Below the pieces are notes generated by a model. The model was not told where the DNA came from. It was given only the letters and a program-made list of their open reading frames with translations, and did not search any database. The translations under genes were made by a program, and so were the position numbers. A stretch of DNA of 64,000 bases, taken from Antedon mediterranea. Lineage: Eukaryota > Animalia > Echinodermata. The stretch's first letter is position 1, and each line of letters starts with the position of its first letter. Positions 52,701-64,000 of the stretch are shown piece by piece. The stretch is from positions 21,625,175 through 21,689,174 of the forward strand of contig NC_092677.1 in the NCBI RefSeq assembly GCF_964355755.1, read 5' to 3'.

Positions 52701-55700
52701 GCCTGACAGTTGCAACCCTCAAAATATCTCACTTTCAAAAACAATATTTATTTTCAATTAAAAAAAAAATATCCTTACAGGTTGGAACCCGCTACTGAGA
52801 GCACTCAAACCTGGGTATTACCCGTTACGCCACAAACCAGTAGATAACTGAAGAGCTGATAATAGTCTATTTATATGAAATTAATGATCAATCAATGAAA
52901 AATAATGCCATGCAACTTTGTTTCTGATTTTAAAAAAGGTTCACTTGTTTAGGCCTGACATTTACAACCCTCAAAATATCTCACTTTCAAAAACAATATT
53001 ATTTTCAATTAAAAAAAAGAAAGAAACAAAATATCAGTAGAGGTTCGAACCCACTAGTGAGAGCACTCAAACTTGAGCATTACCCGTTACGCCACAAACC
53101 ATTAGATGACTGAAGAGCTGATAATACTCTATTTATATGAAATAAATAATAAATCAATGAAAAATAATGCCATGCAACTTTGTTTCTGATTTTAAAAAAA
53201 GTCCACTTGTTTAGGCCTGACATTTACAACCCTCAAAATATCTCACTTTCAAAAACCATATTTATTTTCAATTTAAAAAAAAAAAGAAAAAAAATATCCC
53301 TAGAGGTTCGACCCACTACTCAGAGCACTCAAACCTGAGCATTACCCGTTACGCCACAAACCAGTAGATGACTGAAGAGCTGATAATAGTCTATTTATAT
53401 GAAATGAATTATCAATCAATGAAAAATAATGCCATGCAACTTTGTTTCTGATTTTAAAAAAGGTCCACTTGTTTAGGCCTGACATTTACAACCCTCAAAA
53501 TATCTCACTTTCAAAAACCATATTTATTTTCAATTGAAAAAAAAAAGAAAAAAAATATCCCTAGAGGTTCGACCCACTACTCAGAGCACTTAAAACTGAG
53601 CATTACTCGTTACGCCACAAACCAGTAGATGACTGAAGAGCTGATGTTTGTTTCTGATTTTAAAAAAGGTCCACTTGTTTAGGCCTGACATTTACAACCC
53701 TCAAAATATCTCACTTTGAAAAAAAATATTTATTTTCAATTAAAAAAAAAAAGAAGAAATATCCCTAGAGGTTCGAACCCACTACTGCGAGCACTCAAAC
53801 TTGAGCAATACTCGTTATGCCTCAAACCAGTAGATGACTGAAGAGCTGATAATACTCTATTTATATTGAATGAATAATAAATCAATGAAATTTAAAAAAA
53901 AAGGTTCACTTGTTTACAACCCTCAAAATATCTCACTTTCAAAAACAATATTTATTTTCAAATAAAAAAAAATTTAAAAAAAAATACCCGTATAGGTTCG
54001 AACCCACTACTGAGAGCACTCAAACCTGAGCACTACCCGTTACGCCACAAACCAGAAGATGACTGAGGAGCTGATAATAGTCTATATATATGAAATGAAT
54101 CATCAATCAATGAAAAATAATGCCATGCAACTTTGTTTCTGATTGAAAAAAATGTTCACTTGTTTAGGCCTGATATTTACAACCCTCAAAATATCACACT
54201 TTCAAAAACAATATTTATTTTCAAATAAAAAAAAAATATCCTTACAGGTTGGAACCCGCTACTGAGAGCACTCAAACCTGCGTATTACCCGTTACGCCAC
54301 AAACCAGTAGATAACTGAAGAGCTGATAATAGTCTATTTATATGAAATTAATGATCAATCAATGAAAAATAATGCCATGCAACTTTGTTTCTGATTTAAA
54401 AAAAGATCCATTTGTTTAGGCCTGACATTCACAACCCTCAAAATATCTCACTTTCAAAAACAATATTATTTTCAATAAAAAAAAAACAAAATACAAAATA
54501 TCCGTAGAGGTTCGAACCCACTAGTGAGAGCACTCAAACTTGAGCATTACCCGTTACGCAACAAACCAGTAGATGACTGAAGAGCTGATAATACTCTATT
54601 TATATGAAATTAATGATCAATCAATGAAAAATAATGCCATGCAACTTTGTTTCTGATTTTAAAAAAGGTTCATTTGTTTAGGCCTGACATTTACAACCCT
54701 CAAAATATCTCACTTTCAATAAAAATATTTATTTTCAATTAAAAAAAAAAGAAATAACCCTAGAGGTTCGAACCCACTACTGCGAGCACTCAAACTTGAG
54801 CATTACTCGTTACGCCTCAAACCAGTAGATGACTGAAGAGCTGATAATACTCTATTTATATGAAATGAATAATAAATCAATGAAAAATAATGCCATGCAA
54901 CTTTGTTTCTGATTTTAAAAAAGATCCATTTGTTTAGGCCTGACATTCACAACCCTAAAAAATATCTCATTTTCCCAAAAAATATTTATTTTCAATAAGA
55001 AAAAAAAAAGCAATATCCCTAGAGGTTGGAACCCGCTACTGAGAGCACTCAAACCTGGGTATTACCCGTTACGCCACAAACCAGTAGATACCTGAAGAGC
55101 TGATAATAGTCTATTTATATGAAATTAATGATCAATCAATGAAAAATAATGCCATGCAACTTTGTTTCTGATTTTAAAAAAGGTTCACTTGTTTAGGCCT
55201 GACATTTACAACCCTCAAAATATCTCACTTTCAAAAACAATATTTATTTTCAATAAAAAAAAAAAAAAAAAAAAATATTCGTAGAGGTTCGAACCACTAC
55301 TGCGAGAACTCAAACCTGAGCATTACCCGTTACGCCACAAACCAGTAGATGACTGAAGAGCTGATAATAGTCTATTTATATGAAATGAATAATAAATCAG
55401 TGAAAAATAATGCCATGCAACTTTGTTTCTGATTTAAAAAAAGGTTCACTTGTTTAGGCCTTACATTTACAACCCTAAAAATATCTCACTTTCAAAAACA
55501 ATATTTATTTTCAATTTAAAAAAAAAAATCCCTAGAGGTTCGAACCCACTACTGAGAGAACTCAAACCTGAGCATTATCCGTTACGCCACCAACCAGTAG
55601 GTGACTGAGGAGCTGATAATAGTCTATTTATATGAAATAAATGATCAATCAATGAAAAATAATGCCATGCAACTTTGTTTCTGATTTTAAAAAAGGTTCA

Positions 55701-58700
55701 CTTGTTTTGGCCTGACATTTACAACCCTCAAAATATCTCACTTTCAAAAACAATATTTTTTCAATTAAAAAAAAAAAGAAATAAAATATCAGTAGAGGTT
55801 TGAACCCACTAGTGAGAGCACTCAAACTTGAGCATTACCCGCTACGCCACAAACCAGTAGATGACTGAAGAGCTGATAATACTCTATTTATATGAAATAA
55901 ATAATAAATCAATGAAAAATAATGCCATGCAACGTTGTTTCTGATTTTAAAAAAGGTTCATTTGTTTAGGCCTGTCATTTACAACCCTCAAAATATCTCA
56001 CCTTAAAAAAAAATATTTATTTTCAATAAAAAAAAAAAGAAAAGAAATATCCCTAGAGGTTCGAACCCACTACTGCGAGAACTCAAACTTGAGCATTACC
56101 CGTTACGCCTCAAACCAGTAGATGACTGAAGAGCTGATAATACTCTATTTATATGAAATGAATAATAAATCAATGAAAAATAATGCCATGCAACTTTGTT
56201 TCTGATTTTAAAAAAGGTTCACTTGTTTAGGCCTGACATTTACAACCCTCAAAATATCTCACCTTCAAAAACAATATTTATTTTCAAATAAAAAAAAAAG
56301 AAAAAAAATATCCCTAGAAGTTCGAACCCACTATTGAAATCACTCAAACCTGAGCATTAACCGTTCGCCGCAAACCATTTTATGACTGAAGAACTGATAA
56401 TAGTCTATTTATATGAAATGGATGATCAATCAATGAAAAATAATGCCATGCAACTTTGTTTCTGATCTTAAAAAAGGTTCACTTGTTTAGGCCTGACATT
56501 TACAACCCTCAAAATATCTCAATTTCAAAAACAATATTTATTTTAAATAAAAAAAAAAAGAAACAAAATATCCGTAGAGGTTCGAACCCACTAGTGAGAG
56601 CACTCAAACTTGAGCATTACCCGTTACGCCACAAACCAGTAGATGACTGAAGAGCTGACAATACTCTATTTATATGAAATGAATGATCAATCAATGAAAA
56701 ATAATGCCATGCAACTTTGTTTCTGATTTTAAAAAAGGTCCACTTGTTTAGGCCTGTCATTTACAACCCTCAAAATATCTCACCTTCAAAAAAAATATTT
56801 ATTTTCAATAAAAAAAAAAAAGAAAAGAAATATCCCTAGAGGTTCGAACCCACTACTGCGAGCACTCAAACTTGAGCATTACCCGTTACGCCTCAAACCA
56901 GTAGATGACTGAAGAGCTGATAATACTCTATTTATATGAAATGAATAATAAATCAATGAAAAATAATGCCATGCAACTTTGTTTCTGATTTAAAAAAAGG
57001 TTCACTTGTTTAGGCCTGACATTTACAACCCTCAAAATATCTCACTTTCAAAAACAATATTTATTTTAAATAAAAAAAAAAAAGAAACAAAATATCCGTA
57101 GAGGATCGAACCCACTAGTGAGATCACTCAAACTTGAGCATTACCCGTTACGCCACAAACCAGTAGATGACTGAAGAGCTGATAATACTCTATTTATATG
57201 AAATAAATAATAAATCAATGAAAAATAATGCCATGCAACTTTGTTTCTGATTTTAAAAAAGGTCCACTTGTTTAGGCCTGACATTTACAACCCTCAAAAT
57301 ATCTCACTTTCAAAAACAATATTTATTTTCAATAAAAAAAAAAAAAAAAAAAATATTCGTAGAGGTTCGAACCCACTACTGCGAGAACTCAAACCTGAGC
57401 ATTACCCGTTACGCCTCAAACCAGTAGATGACTGAAGAGCTGATAATACTCTATTTATATGAAATTAATAATAAATCAATGAAAAATAATGCAATGCAAC
57501 TTTGTTTCTGATTTTAAAAAAGGTTCATTTGTTTAGGCCTGTCATTTACAACCCTCAAAATATCTCACCTTCAAAAAAAATATTTATTTTCAATAAAAAA
57601 AAAAGAAAAGAAATATCCCTAGAGGTTCGAACCCACTACTGCGAGCACTCAAACTTGAGCATTACCCGTTACGCCTCAAACCAGTAGATGACTGAAGAGC
57701 TGATAATACTCTATTTATATGAAATGAATAATAAATCAATGAAAAATAATGCCATGCAACTTTGTTTCTGATTTTAAAAAAGGTTCACTTGTTTAGGCCT
57801 GACATTTACAACCCTCAAAATATCTCACCTTCAAAAACAATATTTATTTTCAAATAAAAAAAAAAAGAAAAAAAATATCCCTAGAAGTTCGAACCCACTA
57901 TTGAAATCACTCAAACCTGAGCATTAACCGTTCGCCGCAAACCATTTTATGACTGAAGAGCTGCTAATAGTCTATTAATATGAAATGGATGATCAATCAA
58001 TGAAAAATAATGCCATGCAACTTTGTTTCTGATTTTAAAAAAGGTTCACTTGTTTAGGCCTGACAGTTGCAACCCTCAAAATATCTCACTTTCAAAAACA
58101 ATATTTATTTTCAATTAAAAAAAAAAGAAAAAAAAAATACCCGTATAGGTTCGAACCCACTACTGTGAGCACTCAAACCTGAGCATTACACGTTACGCCA
58201 CAAACCAGTAGATGACTGAGGAGCTGATAATAGTCTATATATATGAGATGAATGATCAATCAATGAAAAATAATGCCATGTAACTTTGTTTCTGATTGAA
58301 AAAAATGTTCACTTGTTTAGGCCTGACATTTACAACCCTCAAAATATCTCACTTTCAAAAACAATATTTATTTTCAAATAAAAAAAAAAAAAAAAAATAT
58401 CCCTAGAAGTTCGAACCCACTATTGAAATCACTCAAAACTGAGCATTACCCGTTACGCCGCAAACCAGTATATAACTGAAGAGCTGATAATAGTCTATTT
58501 ATATGAAATGGATGATCAACCAATGAAAAATAATGCCATGCAACTTTGTTTCTGATTTTAAAAAAGGTCCACTTGTTTAGGCCTGACATTTACAACCCTC
58601 AAAATATCTCACTTTCAAAAACAATATTTATTTTCAATTTAAAAAAAAAAAATCCCTAGAGGTTCGAACCCACTACTGAAAGCACTCAAACCTGAGCATT

Positions 58701-61700
58701 ATCCGTTACGCCACAAACCAGTAGATGACTGCGGAGCTGATAACAGTCTATTTATATGAAATGAATGATCCATCAATGTAAAATGATGTTATGCAAATTT
58801 GTTTCTGATTTTTAAAAAAGGTTCACTTGGTTAGGCTTGACATTTAAAACCCTCAAAATATCTCACTTTCAAAAACCATATTTATTTTCAATTTAAAAAA
58901 AAGAAAAAAAATATCCCTTGAGGTTCGACCCACTCCTCACAGCACTCAAACCTGAGCATTACCCGCTACGCCACAAACCAGTAGATGACTGAAGAGCTGA
59001 TAATAGTCTATTTATATGAAATGAATTATCAATCAATGAAAAATAATGCCATGCAACTTTGTTTCTGATTTTAAAAAAGGTCCACTTGTTTAGGCCTGAC
59101 ATTTACAACCCTCAAAATATCTCCCTTTCAAAAACCATATTTATTTTCAATTTAAAAAAAAAAGAAAAAAAATATCCCTAGAGGTTCGACCCACTACTCA
59201 GAGCACTCAAAATTGAGCATTACCCGTTACGCCACAAACCAGTAGATGACTGAAGAGCTGATAATAGTCTATTTATATGAAATGAATGATCAATCAATGA
59301 AAAATAATGCCATGCAACTTTGTTTCTGATTTAAAAAAAGGTTCACTTGTTTAGGCCTGACATTTACAACCCTAAAAATATCTCACTTTCAAAAACAATA
59401 TTTATTTTCAATTTAAAAAAAAAAATCCCTAGAGGTTCGAACCCACTACTGAGAGAACTCAAACCTGAGCATTATCCGTTACGCCACCAACCAGTAGGTG
59501 ACTGAGGAGCTGATAATAGTCTATTTATATGAAATAAATGATCAATCAATGAAAAATAATGCCATGCAACTTTGTTTCTGATTTTAAAAAAGGTTCACTT
59601 GTTTTGGCCTGACATTTACAACCCTCAAAATATCTCACTTTCAAAAACAATATTTTTTCAATTAAAAAAAAAAGAAATAAAATATCAGTAGAGGTTTGAA
59701 CCCACTAGTGAGAGCACTCAAACTTGAGCATTACCCGCTACGCCACAAACCAGTAGATGACTGAAGAGCTGATAATACTCTATTTATATGAAATAAATAA
59801 TAAATCAATGAAAAATAATGCCATGCAACTTTGTTTCTGATTTTAAAAAAGGTTCATTTGTTTAGGCCTGTCATTTACAACCCTCAAAATATCTCACCTT
59901 AAAAAAAATATTTATTTTCAATAAAAAAAAAAGAAAAGAAATATCCCTAGAGGTTCGAACCCATTACTGCGAGCACTCACACTTGAGCATTACCCGTTAC
60001 GCCTCAAACCAGTAGATGACTGAAGAGCTGATAATACTCTATTTATATGAAATGAATAATAAATCAATGAAAAATAATGCCATGCAACTTTGTTTCTGAT
60101 TTTAAAAAAGGTTCACTTGTTTAGGCCTGACATTTACAACCCTCAAAATATCTCACCTTCAAAAACAATATTTATTTTCAAATAAAAAAAAAAGAAAAAA
60201 AATATCCCTAGAAGTTCGAACCCACTATTGAAATCACTCAAACCTGAGCATTAACCGTTCGCCGCAAACCATTTTATGACTGAAGAGCTGATAATAGTCT
60301 ATTTATATGAAATGGATGATCAATCAATGAAAAATAATGCCATGCAACTTTGTTTCTGATTTTAAAAAAGGTTCACTTGTTTAGGCCTGACATTTACAAC
60401 CCTCAAAATATCTCAATTTCAAAAACAATATTTATTTTAAATAAAAAAAAAAAAGAAACAAAATATCCGTAGAGGTTCGAACCCACTAGTGAGAGCACTC
60501 AAACTTGAGCATTACCCGTTACGCCACAAACCAGTAGATGACTGAAGAGCTGACAATACTCTATTTATATGAAATGAATGATCAATCAATGAAAAATAAT
60601 GCCATGCAACTTTGTTTCTGATTTTAAAAAAGGTCCACTTGTTTAGGCCTGACATTTACAACCCTCAAAATATCTCACTTTCAAAAACAATATTTATTTT
60701 CAATAAAAAAAAAAAAAAAAAAAAAAATATTCGTAGAGGTTCGAACCCACTACTGCGAGAACTCAAACCTGAGCATTACCCGTTACGCCTCAAACCAGTA
60801 GATGACTGAAGAGCTGACAATACTCTATTTATATGAAATGAATGATCAATCAATGAAAAATAATGCCATGCAACTTTGTTTCTGATTTTAAAAAAGGTCC
60901 ACTTGTTTAGGCCTGACATTTACAACCCTCAAAATATCTCACCTTCAAAAAAAATATTTATTTTCAATAAAAAAAAAAAAGAAAAGAAATATCCCTAGAG
61001 GTTCGAACCCACTACTGCGAGCACTCAAACTTGAGCATTACCCGTTACGCCTCAAACCAGTAGATGACTGAAGAGCTGATAATACTCTATTTATATGAAA
61101 TGAATAATAAATCAATGAAAAATAATGCCATGCAACTTTGTTTCTGATTTTAAAAAAGGTTCACTTGTTTAGGCCTGACATTTACAACCCTCAAAATATC
61201 TCACCTTCAAAAAAAATATTTATTTTCAATAAAAAAAAAAAAGAAAAGAAATATCCCTAGAGGTTCGAACCCACTACTGCGAGCACTCAAACTTGAGCAT
61301 TACCCGTTACGCCTCAAACCAGTAGATGACTGAAGAGCTGATAATACTCTATTTATATGAAATGAATAATAAATCAATGAAAAATAATGCCATGCAACTT
61401 TGTTTCTGATTTTAAAAAAGGTTCACTTGTTTAGGCCTGACATTTACAACCCTCAAAATATCTCACCTTCAAAAACAATATTTATTTTCAAATAAAAAAA
61501 AAAGAAAAAAAATATCCCTAGAAGTTCGAACCCACTATTGAAATCACTCAAAACTGAGCATTACCCGTTACGCCGCAAACCAGTATATAACTGAAGAGCT
61601 GATAATAGTCTATTTATATGAAATGGATGATCAACCAATGAAAAATAATGCCATGCAACTTTGTTTCTGATTTTAAAAAAGGTCCACTTGTTTAGGCCTG

Positions 61701-64000
61701 ACATTTACAACCCTCAAAATATCTCACTTTCAAAAACAATATTTATTTTCAATTTAAAAAAAAAAAAATCCCTAGAGGTTCGGACCCACTACTGAAAGCA
61801 CTCAAACCTGAGCATTATCCGTTACGCCACAAACCAGTAGATGACTGCGGAGCTGATAATAGTCCATTTATATGAAATGAATGATCAATCAATGAAAAAT
61901 AATGCCATGCAACTTTGTTTCTGATTTTAAAAAAGGTCCACTTGTTTAGGCCTGACATTTACAACCCTCAAAATATCTCGCTTTCAAAAACAATATTTAT
62001 TTTCAATTAAAAAAAAAAGAAAAAAAATATTAGTAGAGGTTCGAACCAACTACTGCGAGAACTCAAACCTGAGCACTACCGGTTACGCCACAAACCAGTA
62101 GATGACTGAAGAGCTGATAATACTCTATTTATATGAAATTAATAATAAATCAATGAAAAATAATGACATGCAACTTTGTTTCTGATTTTAAAAAAGGTTC
62201 ACTTGTTTAGGCCTGACATTTACAACCCTCAAAATATCTCACTTTCAAAAACAATATTTATTTTAAATAAAAAAAAAAAAGAAACAAAATATCCCTAGAG
62301 GTTCGACCCACTACTCAGAGCACTCAAACCTGAGCATTACCCGTTACGCCACAAACCAGTAGATGACTGAAGAGCTGATAATAGTCTATTTATATGAAAT
62401 GAATGATCAATCAATGAAAAATAATGCCATGCAACTTTGTTTCTGATTTTAAAAAATATCCATTTGTTTAGGCCTGACATTCACAACCCTAAAAAATATC
62501 TCATTTTCAAAAAAAATATTTATTTTCAATAAGAAAAAAAAAAGCAATATCCCTAGAGGTTCGAACCCACTACTGCGAGAACTCAAACCTGAGCATTACC
62601 CGTTACGCCTCAAACCAGTAGATGACTGAAGAGCTGATAATACTCTATTTATATGAAATTAATAATAAATCAATGAAAAATAATGCCATGCAACTTTGTT
62701 TCTGATTTTAAAAAAGGTTCACTTGTTTAGGCCTGACATTTACAACCCTCAAAATATCTCACTTTCAAAAACAATATTTATATTAAATAAAAAAAAAAAG
62801 AAACAAAATATCCGTAGAGGATCGAACCCACTAGTGAGAGCACTCAAACTTGAGCATTACCCGTTACGCCTCAAACCAGTAGATGACTGAAGAGCTGCTA
62901 ATACTCTATTTATATGAAATAAATAATAAATCAATGAAAAATAATGCCATGCAACTTTGTTTCTGATTTTAAAAAAGGTCCACTTGTTTAGGCCTGACAT
63001 TTACAACCCTCAAAATATCTCACTTTCAAAAACCATATTTATTTTCAATTTAAAAAAAAAAGAAAAAAATATCCCTAGAGGTTCGACCCACTACTCAGAG
63101 CACTCAAAATTGAGCATTACCCGTTACGCCACAAACCAGTAGATGACTGAAGAGCTGATAATAGTCTATTTATATGAAATGAATGATCAATCAATGAAAA
63201 ATAATGCCATGCAACTTTGTTTCTGATTTAAAAAAAGGTCCACTTGTTTAGGGCTGACATTTACAACCCTCAAACTATCTCACTTTCAAAAACCATATTT
63301 ATTTTAAATTTAAAAAAAAAAGAAAAAAAATATTCGTAGAGGTTCGAACCCACCACTGCGAGAACTCAAACCTGAGCACTACCAGTTACGCTACAAACCA
63401 GTAGATGACTGAAGAGCTGATAATAGTCTATTTATATGAAATTAATAATAAATCAATGAAAAATAATGCCATGCAACTTTCTTTCTGATTTTAAAAAAGG
63501 TTCACTTGTTTAGGCCTGACATTTACAACCCTCAAAATATCTCACTTTCAAAAACAATATTTATTTAAAAAAAAAAAAAAAAAACAAAATCTTCGTAGAG
63601 GTTCGAACCCACTAGTGAGAGAACTCAAACTTGAGCATTACCCGTTACGCCACAAACCAGTAGATGACTGAAGAGCTGATAATACTCTATTTATATGAAA
63701 TAAATAATAAATCAATGAAAAATAATGCCATGCAACTTTGTTTCTGATTTTAAAAAAGGTCCACTTGTTTAGGCCTGACATTTACAACCCTCAAAATATC
63801 TCACTTTAAAAAACCATATTTATTTTCAAATTAAAAAAAAAAGAAAAAAATATCCCTAGAGGTTCGACCCACTACTCAGAGCACTCAAAACTGAGCATTA
63901 CCCGTTACGCCACAAACCAGTAGATGACTGAAGAGCTGATAATAGTCTATTTATATGAAATGAATGATCAATCAATGAAAAATAATGCCATGCAACTTTG
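49796..64000. repeat. ~261-bp tandem satellite array, segment 3 (~54 monomers)
   Basis: Same monomer, resuming mid-monomer (AAAAATATCCATTTG) after the second insertion and running off the end of the window. Confidence 0.99.

Noticed and set aside
1881-63142. About 50 near-identical 60-71 aa ORFs (MFLILKKVHLFRPDIYNPQ...KKKK)
   Set aside because: Nearly all start at TTG, the poly-Lys comes from a length-variable A-tract that shifts the frame at random, and most monomers have stops or frameshifts. They are satellite artefacts.
1-64000. CRISPR array or diversity-cassette interpretation of the constant/variable pattern
   Set aside because: The variable parts are point variants of one sequence that recur many times, not unique spacers. 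The period is 261 bp and there are no cas genes.
1-64000. 5S rRNA, U snRNA or spliced-leader gene array
   Set aside because: I recognised no 5S, U-snRNA or SL/Sm-site sequence, and the internal promoter is of the A+B (tRNA) type. An Rfam search was not possible here.

Overview
About 94% of this AT-rich eukaryotic window (probably invertebrate, by inference) is a head-to-tail satellite of ~261-bp monomers, roughly 230 copies in several discrete variants arranged in local higher-order blocks. There are no credible protein-coding genes: the ORF track consists of satellite artefacts. Read on the minus strand, most monomers look like a complete RNA polymerase III gene, with a TATAAATA box, an A box (TGGCGTAACGG), a B box (GGTTCGAACC or GGTTCGATCC) at tRNA spacing, and an oligo-T terminator. 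The predicted ~80-nt RNA is tRNA-like but does not form a full cloverleaf. The array is interrupted twice, at the same position within the monomer but in different monomer variants, by a ~1.55-kb composite non-autonomous Helentron/HINE-like element (18559-20108 and 47425-49795). Each copy carries four tRNA-Val(AAC)-derived sequences. The second copy also contains a nested ~825-bp element with a perfect 52-bp-arm hairpin.
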